Virus record (IMG/VR): IMGVR_UViG_2698536638_000003
Coordinates: 1 to 64,000 of that record
DNA length: 64,000 nt
Strand: one strand, 5' to 3'
DNA from: an uncultured virus (IMG/VR IMGVR_UViG_2698536638_000003)
Taxonomy: Duplodnaviria > Heunggongvirae > Uroviricota > Caudoviricetes
The position numbers and the translations under genes were made by a program. Under the pieces are notes generated by a model. The model did no database searches. It was given only the letters and a program-made list of their open reading frames with translations, and was not told where the DNA came from. This document shows positions 9,715 through 19,332 of the stretch, in pieces. Within the stretch, counting starts at the first letter, position 1; the number at the start of each line of letters is the position of its first letter.

Positions 9715-10068
9715 TCAGGCTCCTTCGGGTTGGAAATCGTCGCGGTTGACGTAGCGGCCGAGACGCAGTCGCTGGTTGTGGTCGAGGATCATGAAGAACC
9801 CCGCTGCGCGCATCTCGGCCTGCAGGTCGTTGAGGGCACGCATGTGGGTCACCACCAGGCCAGGCGTCGTTTCGAGACGGCGCTCATGCTGGATATTGAC
9901 CTGGACCTCGCGGATCTCGTGCCAGGTCTTGGCGCCGGCATGCTTGAAGCCCATGATGTCGGGCTTGGTCAGCGCCAGGAACTTTTCGATCGAGTTGATT
10001 TCGTAGCGGCGCAGAGCGTTGCTGGCGCGGACGCTCAGTTCGAGGTTGTCGACGAAGTCGTGGGACAT
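9715..10068 (-). CDS. RNA polymerase alpha-subunit CTD-like protein
   Basis: VDNLELSVRASNALRRYEINSIEKFL...GFKHAGAKTWHEIREV matches the alpha-CTD pattern (LELSVRSxNCL...NLGxKSLxEI). Confidence 0.8.
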   Translation of the reverse strand: MSHDFVDNLELSVRASNALRRYEINSIEKFLALTKPDIMGFKHAGAKTWHEIREVQVNIQHERRLETTPGLVVTHMRALNDLQAEMRAAGFFMILDHNQRLRLGRYVNRDDFQPEGA

Positions 10069-10904
10069 TTGGTGCTCCAGAGGAAAGCCCACCAGCGGCG
10101 CCGGGGCTTCCTGAATTCAAGGTTGTGGGTGTCCATCAGCTTCTGGATCAGGGCGTCCGCATTGCGGACCTCGCCCTCGGCAAAGCCGCGGGCGGTGGTC
10201 ACCTCGGAGAGCCTGACGATCTTCAGCATCGCTTTGTGACGCGGCCTCAAGTTGCCGGCCACATGCGGTCGAGGAAGCTCTCCCAGGCGTCCTTCGTGTA
10301 GGCTTGCTGGGTCGCCTCGAAGTGAGCGCCGGTCTCGACCGACACGAACACACCTCGCTCGGTCGGGTGCGCCGTCACGATATGATAGTTGTCCTTGCTG
10401 CCCCCGCCGGTGAACTGCCAGCGCTTGGCCCGCTCGGCGTTCGCCTTGGTGTAGGGATCGAGATGGATCGGACAGCATTTCTTGTAGCCGTAGACGGCCA
10501 GGCAGAAGTGGCGCTCAGTCATAGCTCGTAGACCTCTTTCATGAGGGTGAGGTAGCGATCGGGGTTCGGGTGGCTGTTGAAGCGCTCGGCGATCGCCGGC
10601 CCGTCGCAGTCATAGAGGCGGGCCACGACACTGGTCTGGCCCTTCTCACAGGGCTGGTCGTGGCAGACGACCCAGTGACTGAACTTCTTGCTCCAGATGG
10701 CGCGGAGCTTCACGCCGCCGTGTCCCGGATCCACTTCTCATCGATCACGCGGGCCGTCTCCTGGCTCACCGACTCGCCCAGGTCGCGGAGGAACTCCTTC
10801 TGGTCGTTGAGAGTTGTGTCGCGGCGGAAAACGAACCGGACCTTGCCGAGCTCGCGCTGCCACATAAGACTTTCGAGTGGTGTTCCGGCGATGAGCACCT
10901 TCAT
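10035..10904 (-). CDS. Four small hypothetical genes (10035-10229, 10247-10522, 10519-10734, 10710-10904)
   Basis: Closely packed ORFs on the early strand. Confidence 0.5.
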
Positions 10905-10993
10905 GGTAATGCCTCCGTTAGGGATTTGAGCTAAATTGGTCGGAACCGAGTTGTTCCTCGCGACTTATCGCGATGTGGTGGGGTCCGAGTTGT

Positions 10994-11881
10994 ATGCGTA
11001 GCCAGGGACGGCTGAAGTTCATCAAGCCCCTTGAGCCGGTCCAGGTTCTGGAGCCGCCGGTCAGCGACGATTGGCTCCACGAGATCAAATACGATGGGTT
11101 CCGCACCCAACTGATCCTTGACTGGGCTGGTGGTCGGGCGCTGACCAAGAAGGGTCACGACTGGTCGAAGCGATACTGGCCGATCATCCACGCTCTTGAG
11201 GAGCTGCCGGCCAAGGAGCTGATCCTTGACGGCGAAATGATCGCTCCGGAGCCGGATGGCACTCCCAACTTCCACCAGATGCATTCCCGGATGACCTGGA
11301 ACGCCGAGCAGCTGGCCTTCGTCGCCTTCGACATCCTCTACAAGGATGGCGAGGATCTCCGACCACTGCCGACGATAGAGCGAAAGGTGATCCTGTGGGA
11401 CGTGGTAAAGCCCGCCCAAGGCATCATCCAGTACAGCCAGCACGTCGAGGGCGGCGGCGCTGAGTTCTTTGCCGCCGTCGAGAAGATGGGGCTCGAAGGC
11501 ATGGTCTCGAAGCGCCGCGGTGGGCGCTATCTCAGCGGCCCGTCCGACAGTTGGGTCAAGACCAAGTGCTGGGAGACTGGCGACTTCGAATTGATGGGCA
11601 TCAAGAGCGAGCCAGGTAAGCAGACGACGGCGTTCGTGGCCCGCGACGGGAAGTATGCCGGCTCGGCGACGATCGCGCTCTCAAAGCAGATGCGCGACCG
11701 ATTGTGGCAGCGGGTGAGGCAGTCGAGAGCCGAGCAGCCGGCCAGCGCGCCGAAGGCAGTGGCCGGTCCCAGCGTCGAATGGGTGAAACCCGGTCTCATC
11801 AAGGCCAGGGTTCGGCATCTGCGTGGCGAGAACAAGCTGCGCCACGCTACTCTGCAGGGGTTGATCGACGACGGAACCTAA
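10994..11881 (+). CDS. ATP-dependent DNA ligase (LigD/LigC ligase-domain type)
   Basis: HEIKYDGFR adenylation motif, LDGEM, AFDIL, EGMVSKR, WVKTK and C-terminal LRHA OB-fold motif. Confidence 0.92.
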   Translation: MRSQGRLKFIKPLEPVQVLEPPVSDDWLHEIKYDGFRTQLILDWAGGRALTKKGHDWSKRYWPIIHALEELPAKELILDGEMIAPEPDGTPNFHQMHSRMTWNAEQLAFVAFDILYKDGEDLRPLPTIERKVILWDVVKPAQGIIQYSQHVEGGGAEFFAAVEKMGLEGMVSKRRGGRYLSGPSDSWVKTKCWETGDFELMGIKSEPGKQTTAFVARDGKYAGSATIALSKQMRDRLWQRVRQSRAEQPASAPKAVAGPSVEWVKPGLIKARVRHLRGENKLRHATLQGLIDDGT

Positions 11882-11907
11882 TCGAATGTTCGAGCCTTTT
11901 AGAGGTT

Positions 11908-12129
11908 ATGAGCACACGCGGGATCAATTTCCTCGATAAATGGATCGCCTCGAAGGTCCCGGAGACCACCGGCGCTGACGTGATCTCGGTCGACAATCTG
12001 ACCGACCAGCTGATCACTGATGCCAAGGCTCTGGGTATCAAGCGGGAAGAGTTAGACGAGGAGGTGGATAGCCTCTACCGCGTCATCCTCGACGCGATTG
12101 TCCACCATGAACCTGGCTTACCCGACTAG
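11908..12129 (+). CDS. DUF768-like protein
   Basis: MSTRGINFLDKWI...DAKALGI resembles the Mesorhizobium DUF768 family (from recall). Confidence 0.7.
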   Translation: MSTRGINFLDKWIASKVPETTGADVISVDNLTDQLITDAKALGIKREELDEEVDSLYRVILDAIVHHEPGLPD

Positions 12130-12281
12130 GCGAGAGATTTCGCAGCCCGCTTCGCAGCCCTGGCGGCCTCCTTGGCGCCGGCCGCGGGGTATTCCTTCTT
12201 CCCGCCCTTGAGCAGGTTCTTGCCGATGTTCTTGTTCGTCACCGGCTTGCAGCGCTGGTAATTGTGGCGGATGCTCATCGC

Positions 12282-12865
12282 TTAGTTCCTTTCTCTGTCA
12301 ACACAGAAGCCGTGGTCGAGGGTTGGCCACCCGCGCTGGGTCATGATGCCCTGCACGCCGACCATTCCGCCTTTGGGGTGGGTGAATTCCACGCAATAGT
12401 AGCGTTCGGATGGGCGCAGATCGCCGTCCATCGTGTAGACCTCACAAGGCCAGGTCGAGACTTCGAAGCCGTTGTCTTCCAGCTCCTTGAGCGCATACCG
12501 ATGGAGCCTGGCCACGAGGCCGTGGCTGATCTGCTCGTCGGTGTCGTGCAGGCTGTCGGGCAGCTTCTGGCCGACCATGTTAAAGCGTGACTCGCCTCGA
12601 ACCATGACGTGTGAGCGGAGTTCGGTCACAGCCGCATCTCCCTCACGAGGATCTGGTTCCGGCGATGGCACCAGATGGCGAACTTCTTTGCCGAGGCGAT
12701 GGCCTTCTCGGGCCAGGTCTTGGCGCGCTCATCGAACAGCGCCTCGATCGTGGTGTCGGGCTCGCCAACATGCTGCCGGCCGACGAGCCAGCGGATCTCC
12801 TGGAGCGGGATCTGGGGGTGTATCTTGTGGCGCTTGCCGTCGAGGGTGAACGATTTCGCTCTCAC
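12282..12865 (-). CDS. Two hypothetical genes (12282-12629, 12626-12865)
   Basis: Coupled ORFs with GTG starts. Confidence 0.55.
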
Positions 12866-12904
12866 AGCTTGTTCTCCATCCGTTCAGGGTGTAGGAATTA
12901 ATTC

Positions 12905-13102
12905 ATGCGCGTCAGTCCACCCACGATCGAAGAGTTCGCTTTCCACGTTGAGTTGTGGAGCGCCGACGATTTGAGGGTGGATGACACGTTGGCCGTGGCG
13001 AAGAATATTCGCGTGGCTCGGGCGGCCTACGATGAGGCGCTTAAGGTGCGAGAGGGCCGCATCGTGAAGCTACGACACGGCGCCAGGGTCATACTGCCAT
13101 AG
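12905..13102 (+). CDS. Small hypothetical moron protein (65 aa)
   Basis: Antisense to its neighbours, with an AT-rich upstream segment. Confidence 0.55.
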   Translation: MRVSPPTIEEFAFHVELWSADDLRVDDTLAVAKNIRVARAAYDEALKVREGRIVKLRHGARVILP

Positions 13103-14501
13103 CGGCCCTGAGACTGGTCATGCGCTGCTGGAACTTCTCCTCGGCGCGCTTCTCGATGTCCTCGGTGACGAGCCGGTTCACGCGCTTCTCGATCAGCTCG
13201 GTGATGCTGGGGTCGGACAGGCGCTTGTCAACCTCGGCCTTGATAGCCTGGCCCACCAGCACGCTGGCATCGTAGACCGACTTGCGCTTCGCCTCGGCGA
13301 CGGCCTCATCGAGCAGCTTTTGCACGTCGGGATGGAGCTTCGTCCTGGACAGCCAGTTGCCGTCCCGGAAGGTCAGGGCCTGCTTGAGCGCCTGCTGGAC
13401 CAGGAGGGTGAGGTCGGTATCGTTCTGCAGCGCCGCCAGGGCGTGAGCGAAGAGCTCGGGATCGGCCGCCGCGATTACACGCCTGGCGTCCTTCTCGAAG
13501 AAGCGCCGGCCGACCTCGGCGATGACGTGGTTCTTGAGCTGCAGCTCGAAGTCGGGGTCGGCGTCGATCAGGGCCTTCATGGCCTGGCGGTTGATGATGA
13601 TGGCTGTCACTGAGTTTCTCCGTGTGCTCGGGCATCGGCCCAAAAGGCTTCGAGGTTGGCGGCGTGGCTCGCGTGGATCGACGCGAGGTAGTCTGCGTCA
13701 GAGATCAAACCCTTGCGGTGGGCGTTGTACTCGTCGAGCGCGGCTTGCGCCTTGATCCGATCGACTGGTTTGCACGCATTGCGGATGGCGTTGCCTCGCG
13801 TGACACCGTAGGTTGAGAATTGACCGAGGACAGCCGCCGTCCAGTAGCCGTTGCTGTTGTGGAAGGTTACAACTTGGCAGCGCCGGCCGACCGTGGGGAC
13901 GAAATGCGACCCCTCGTTGTTCCAGGAGGTGGTCATCAGGTGGGCTTCCAGCAATTGGCGAGGCTTTCCCAGATGGCCGCGTCATAGCGGTCATAGCTGG
14001 CGGGATACGAACCGCCGTGGCCGGCCAGCTCGCTCACCATGTCGACGGTGCCGTCGAACTCGCCAATCTCCTGCTCGTGCTCGTAGAGCTCGTCCCAGAG
14101 ATCAGCCATGGCGGCCGCGGCGACCTTGATCTTCTTGACCAGGCGGTCCTTGCCGTCGCTGTCGATGTGGCTCAGAGCATCGGCCATTGGTATTCCTCGT
14201 TCAGTTCGCAGCCGTCAGGGCTGCACTCATGGATGATGGCCTCGAACTCGGGTAGGCTCCCGGCGCGCAGGAAGTTCAGGGCCTGCTGGTGGAGCTGCGA
14301 GCCGGCGTGGGCCTGGTCGTAGACGTGCTGCCAGGCGTCGGTGTCGCGGGTGTAGCCCTTGAAGATGTCGGCCTCGTCGCAGGCCTGCAGCTGGAACGGC
14401 CGATCGCCGTCCTTGTTCAGCTCCGAGCCGCTGGCTTCGAAGATGTCCCAGCCCTCGGCCTGGGCGTCGGTCTGCTGACCGGGGGTCCATTCGGGGGTCA
14501 T
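13089..14501 (-). CDS. Four hypothetical genes (13089-13610, 13607-13936, 13936-14187, 14172-14501)
   Basis: Overlapping starts and stops. Confidence 0.6.
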
Positions 14502-14665
14502 TTGCGGTTCGGGCTCGCGCTGTCGGGACAATCGAACTCACGCCACAGCGTTTGGCTGCTGTTGTAGGGGACGTTGTCCCAGAACGAGCAGTTGGACGGC
14601 GCCGGCGTGCCGGTGGTGTTGCAGCCCGCGAGGGCGAGCAGCAGCAGGATCAGGGCGGGCCTCAT
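14498..14665 (-). CDS. Small lipoprotein (55 aa; not in the ORF track)
   Basis: MRPALILLLLALAG-C lipobox; ATGA overlaps at both ends. Confidence 0.7.
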   Translation of the reverse strand: MRPALILLLLALAGCNTTGTPAPSNCSFWDNVPYNSSQTLWREFDCPDSASPNRK

Positions 14666-16746
14666 TCGAACCCCCATGCAGCGGCGATCGCTTTGGCCGC
14701 CTTAAGTTGTTGGTCGGTGAACACGCGCTGGCCGGCGTCTTTGCCGAACTGGTGCAGATACGACTCGAACTTGCCGTCATCCAGCGTGTGGAGGTTGCCA
14801 GCCTCCTTCGTGACGGCGACGGGCCAGGTGTCGGCCAGGCCGACAACCTTCTCGCTCTCGATGACGAGCACGTCGCCGTTCTTGATGTCGTCGATGCACT
14901 GGGTGAAGTCGTAGGCGTCACCGGTGCTGTCGAAGAAATGGATCTTGATGGTGTCGAACATTATGACAGAAACCCTTCGAAGTGGGTGGTGAACTCTTTC
15001 TCCAGCTCGATCGAGCTATCGCCGACGATCAGGTAGCCGTCGTCGTCATCATTCGGATCCCAAAGCACGAAGATGCCTGGGTAGGCCTTGGCGCGGGTGA
15101 CCAGTGCAGGTGATGCTTGGCGCTCGAACTCGGCGCGGGCATCGAGGCGGTAGCCGTTGTTGGTGATGACGTCGGTCATTCATGACCTCCTTGGCCTCGG
15201 AAAAAATCTCATCAGGAACATGAGCTCGTCGCGGGCGGCCTGGTCGTCACCGACCTCGGCCTTGGCGAGGAACTGCTCCACGCGGCCATAGATGTTGGCG
15301 CCGACGCGCTGACAGACGTCCTCGCGGGCTTTGCGGACTGGGTTGATCATGGCGCTGTGCAATCGTTGGCGATGACGGTGATGGTCTTGCCCGACTTGTC
15401 GAGCTTGACGCGGGAGAGCTCGACCATGTCGCCGGCCTGGTAGCCGCGTGGACGAGCGCTCTCGTGGATCTTCTCCCAGGCGATCTTCTTGCCTCCGACG
15501 ATCTCGCCGGTACGGTCGCCCATCATCCAACGGTCGGTGTAGGTAGGGATTTGAACTCGCATTGTGATGTCCTTGTGGGTGGACGGTGAGGCCCAGCCAT
15601 CCACGCCCCGGTGCAGATGCGACACCGGGCCAACAAGCGTTGCCGTTAAGTGGATGGCTGGGCTCCCCTGGAGGAGAGCATGTATGGGCACCTGAAACGG
15701 TGTCAGGGCAGCTTGTCGGCTACCCTGTTGAGGTGGTTGGCGAGGTCGCGGATGGTGTTGCGGTCGAGGGGCAGCACCACCTGGCCGCGGCCGATGGCCT
15801 TCTGGCTGGTCCAGTTCTCCAGCACGATGAAGTCGAGCACCGGCGTCACGTTGATGCCCGTCGCCTTGAAATGGCCGTTCCTGCCCAGGGCATAGAGCGG
15901 TTCCATGGGCTCGGGGCGCTTTGGGAAGGGGATGACGACATTCATGCCGCGTTCCTCGTCACGTCGAGCGTGTGGTCATGGATCTCGCCGGGGATCAGCT
16001 CGGCGTTGAGCTGCTTGAAGCGGTTGCCGTCGACATCAGCCGAGCGCCAGATGAGGAACCTGGCGAACTGGCTCGGCCGGCAGATGATCGTCTGCTGGGT
16101 GCGGACGGCGTGATAGGCCTGGGTGCATGTCAGGCCGAAGGCCTTCTGCGCTGCCCGGGCGTTGGCCGCGTGGTTCTTGTCGACGTCCGACAGGCTGAAG
16201 CGGACTCTGTCGTTGGACATAGTCATGAGCGGGGCTCCTTGGTGGGGACAAAGGCTGACGGCGCCGGGAATAGCTCCGGGCCCGGGCCGATGACGATGGC
16301 GACCCCGCCGAAGCCGATCTTGGACCAGCATGGGCGGAGGTCGTTGTGGTGGAGGGGTGGCGACACGTCGTACATGTCGCGGCGCCAGTTCTTCATGGCG
16401 TCACCGGCACGTTCAGGCCGTACTTGCCGGCGAGGGTGTCGAACGCAGCGTTCATCTCGCGCGGAAAGTCGTTGCTATCGTGGGCCGACTGCAGATCCCG
16501 GAACTCTTGCTTCGCCAGGTCCATGAACAGGCCACGCCGCTGGAAATCATCAAGGTTGAAGACGCCAACCGAGAAGTTATCCATTTCGGGGATGTACTCG
16601 TCGTCGTCGATGAGCTGGCCGATCGCGCACTTACAGTTCTTGGGGCCGCGATACATGCACTGCATGTGGTGATCGCTGTAGGAGCGCTGCCAGCCCTGGG
16701 CGGCGAGGCCCAGGTAGACGCGGTCAAATTGCTCCTGGGTGATCAT
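14662..16746 (-). CDS. Cluster of small hypothetical genes (14662-14961, 14961-15179, 15180-15350, 15347-15562, 15703-15945, 15942-16226, 16223-16396, 16393-16746)
   Basis: Coupled ORFs; the last has a CMYR...CKCAIG...LQSAHD motif common in phage proteins. Confidence 0.55.
15591..15663 (-). ncRNA. Intergenic structured element (14-bp stem, multibranch cap)
   Basis: GCCCAGCCATCCAC / GTGGATGGCTGGGC perfect inverted repeat enclosing a CCCGGTG/CACCGGG hairpin. Confidence 0.5.
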
Positions 16747-17309
16747 GCGTAAAAGTCCTGTCTGTGATGCTTCTTGATGAGGAGGGGGTCGATGATGATC
16801 GGTGTGTCAGACCGGTAATCACGCATGACGTTGCCGGCGTGGATGTCGTGGACGAGCCGGTAATCGACGAGCTGCTCGACAGCCTTGCGGTAGCGAGCGC
16901 TGGGCTTGCCCTCGGAGTGGGTGGTTGTGCCGGAGATCTTATTAAACGTGGCGGTGATGGTCGCCGACGTTTTGGTCCGCTCGGATCTGGGCGATTTTTT
17001 ATATCGCCTCATGACGCACCAGAAATTCGTTCGGGCGCTGTTCCACTCCAAGGCGTAGACCTTGGGGAAGAACTTGGAGCTGATCTCCTTGTCGATCAGC
17101 TGCTGCGCGAAATACGGAAAGCCATCGTAGTAGCCGACGCGTGCGCTGTAGTGCCGGCCGATCTTGATGACGACATCAGGAGCGTCGGGATGCACGAAGG
17201 CCCTGGAGTAGGCCCCACGGCCGATCTGGACGTATCCCTGAACGCGTAGGGTGGCTGCACTGAGGCAGGCGTGGCGGCGGGCATGGTTGATCTGGGCACG
17301 GATGTGCAT
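16743..17309 (-). CDS. T7 gp0.7-like Ser/Thr protein kinase
   Basis: IGRGAYSRAFVHP (Gly loop), VVIKIG (catalytic Lys), PKVY, HDIHAGNVM (catalytic loop) and IIIDP. Confidence 0.8.
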   Translation of the reverse strand: MHIRAQINHARRHACLSAATLRVQGYVQIGRGAYSRAFVHPDAPDVVIKIGRHYSARVGYYDGFPYFAQQLIDKEISSKFFPKVYALEWNSARTNFWCVMRRYKKSPRSERTKTSATITATFNKISGTTTHSEGKPSARYRKAVEQLVDYRLVHDIHAGNVMRDYRSDTPIIIDPLLIKKHHRQDFYA

Positions 17310-17340
17310 CGTCGCTCTCCAGGGTGGGGTGTGATGGGAG

Positions 17341-17426
17341 AAACTAGCCGTGCAGGGGTCGAACCTGCCTGTCCCGCCCTCGCTCATTCGTTGGCCACGG
17401 TTGTCACCACGATCGACGGCTAGTTT
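17341..17426 (-). ncRNA. tRNA-like element (acceptor-like stem plus canonical T-arm; no recognisable D or anticodon arm)
   Basis: Minus strand: AAACTAGCCGT ... GCAGG-TTCGACC-CCTGC-ACGGCTAGTTT. Confidence 0.5.
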
Positions 17427-17745
17427 TGTGCTGTTTCACGCGCAGCGGTGCGTATGGTTTGGGTCGCTAAGACCGCCCTAGTTAAGGTCCAAGGGGCAGG
17501 ACCCGCATTCAGCGACTGAGAGTGATCACGAGGCCTTACACGTACTGGCGGCATCGATCCCCTCTGGGGGGAGCCCGTACTTCCTTTATCGGCGTGCGAT
17601 CTGAGAGATTTGGTTCAATTCCGATGCGCCGTAGGTGGCTCGGATGAGCGGTGGTTGATGAGGGCGCTATAGGTAGTCCTTGGCGGCGCGGCTCGCGTTA
17701 AATCTTCATGATTGCCTCCTATGTGGGGTCGGTCGGACCTGGGGA

Positions 17746-18060
17746 TCACACCAGCTGTCGACTGATGTGCGCGACCATCTTCTCGGGTCGCGTGGTGGTG
17801 AGGTTGGTGAACGCGCACCAGTGGTAGGGCCCGACCTTGAGGTAGGTCGCGGCGATGTCGTCGGTCAGGCGTTCGCACAGCCTGAAGCCGCCCGGGCAGT
17901 AGATCGGGGGCAGCATCTCGAGGAATTCGTCGTAGATCGTCTGGTCGATCTGCCAGAACTTGCCCAGCATCCACTCCGCTGGCTTGCCCTCTCGCGTCCA
18001 GCGATTGAGGTTCACGTAGTGGAGGGTGCGGTCGCCCTGGGCGCTAGGAAGCTGGAACAT
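17746..18060 (-). CDS. DUF1419-like protein
   Basis: GKFWQIDQTIYDEFLEMLPP...FRLCERLTDDI resembles rhizobial DUF1419 (from recall). Confidence 0.6.
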   Translation of the reverse strand: MFQLPSAQGDRTLHYVNLNRWTREGKPAEWMLGKFWQIDQTIYDEFLEMLPPIYCPGGFRLCERLTDDIAATYLKVGPYHWCAFTNLTTTRPEKMVAHISRQLV

Positions 18061-18256
18061 TTGGCTTGTCCCATGTGAGGTCGAAGACCGAGACGAAATA
18101 CTCAGACCCAATGCCGTCATCGGCCCACTTCACGTAGACCCGATTGCGGCCGGTCTTTTCCCAGCCTGTGACAGTGGCTTTCTCGCCGCGGAAGGAGGTG
18201 ACCTCGTCACCGACTTTGACCGGGCGGCCATCGGGGTGGAATAGGTGGCGGTTCAT
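18044..18256 (-). CDS. Small beta-barrel-like hypothetical protein
   Basis: PVKVGDEVTSFRGEKATVTGW...; coupled ORF. Confidence 0.55.
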   Translation of the reverse strand: MNRHLFHPDGRPVKVGDEVTSFRGEKATVTGWEKTGRNRVYVKWADDGIGSEYFVSVFDLTWDKPNVPAS

Positions 18257-18675
18257 GCTGCGGCGTCCTTCTTGATCCAGCGGTCGAACGTGTTCTGAGC
18301 GGCCTCGTCGGTCATGTAGCCGTCCAAGGTTCGGATGCCGGCCATGAGTGGCGCGATGCACCAATCGCAGTCTTCCTCGAGCACGAAGAACTCGAAGTCC
18401 TGCATGTTGGCGAGCTGGGTCGGGGTGACCTTGAACGAGCGGCGCCGGTATTCGTGCATGACGGCCTTGCCGTAGTCCTGGGCCTGCTCGGGGTCCTTGT
18501 GCAGGCGGAACTTGAGGTATTCTTCGTGCGTCAGGGCACGGGCGTCGATCACGAAGCCGCCATGGCCTGAGCAGGAGAAGTAGAAGGCTCCGGCCCGGTT
18601 GGTGCGGGATGAATTGGTGCCGCCTGTGCCCCAGAGGGCCTCGGCGATCGAGCGAGCTTGGGAATGGGTCAGCAT
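18253..18675 (-). CDS. Hypothetical phage protein (DUF7007-like)
   Basis: SCSGHGGF and EEDCDW motifs. Confidence 0.55.
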   Translation of the reverse strand: MLTHSQARSIAEALWGTGGTNSSRTNRAGAFYFSCSGHGGFVIDARALTHEEYLKFRLHKDPEQAQDYGKAVMHEYRRRSFKVTPTQLANMQDFEFFVLEEDCDWCIAPLMAGIRTLDGYMTDEAAQNTFDRWIKKDAAA

Positions 18676-18873
18676 GGACGGCGCCTCCCGATGACACGCC
18701 ACCCGGAGGGGACGTCCTTGGGCGAGCCGGTGAAATCGAGCAGGGAGCCCGTCCTGTGGGTCTTGCAGCGCCTCGTCGCGACGATGCGGTAGAGTGGTTG
18801 GGACATGAGCGCACGCGCCTCTCTCCCGCTGTGAGCGGGTTGCTGTTGTTGTTGCTGTTGGTGGGTTTGGGCT

Positions 18874-19317
18874 TTAGGTGGAGACGGCGGTGGCGCGCTT
18901 CAGGACTTCGGCCTTGATGTGCGGCTTGAGCGCGTCCAGGTCGTCTTCCTCGATCTCTTTGGCGAGGAGCATCTGGAGCGCCTCGGCGATCTCGTCCTCT
19001 TCATCGGTCGAGAAGGCCGATGGGTTGCGCGGGTCGAGCCAGGGTGTGGACGGCAGATCGTTGTACTTGAACTTGCGTTCCCTGATCACCTTATAGTGCA
19101 GCGGCTCGATGCACCGTGGATCGTCGCAGACTACATGGTCGCGCCTGATCTGGTAGTCGGGGTGGTGGATCAGGTCTAGCTTGACGCGGGCCGGGTTGCC
19201 GATACGATCGAGGTGTGGTCGACCACCACGCATCTGGCCTTGCCAGACGAGGTGATCTCCTTCACGCTTGGTGAGCCGGTCGATGCGCTCGACCAGTGGT
19301 GCGCTTGGACGTGCCAT
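18874..19317 (-). CDS. Degenerate HNH endonuclease-like protein
   Basis: LVWQG ... HVVCDDPRCIEPLHY resembles the 'CWxW...HxCxNxxCvNPxHL' pattern with the catalytic Asn positions altered. Confidence 0.5.
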   Translation of the reverse strand: MARPSAPLVERIDRLTKREGDHLVWQGQMRGGRPHLDRIGNPARVKLDLIHHPDYQIRRDHVVCDDPRCIEPLHYKVIRERKFKYNDLPSTPWLDPRNPSAFSTDEEDEIAEALQMLLAKEIEEDDLDALKPHIKAEVLKRATAVST

Positions 19318-19332
19318 AGGGTGCTCCCGGCA

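Noticed and set aside
17341..17426. Functional tRNA gene
   Set aside because: No canonical D arm or anticodon stem-loop could be folded; kept only as a tRNA-like element.
17463..17516. Pistol, twister or hammerhead ribozyme
   Set aside because: TTAACTAG after a hairpin loosely recalls pistol, but the P2/pseudoknot spacing and catalytic core do not fit; no CUGANGA/GAAA core.
18836..18870. Low-complexity (GTT/GCT)n tract, with a similar one at about 2308-2327
   Set aside because: Short CA-rich spacer on the sense strand; no support for a distinct repeat element.
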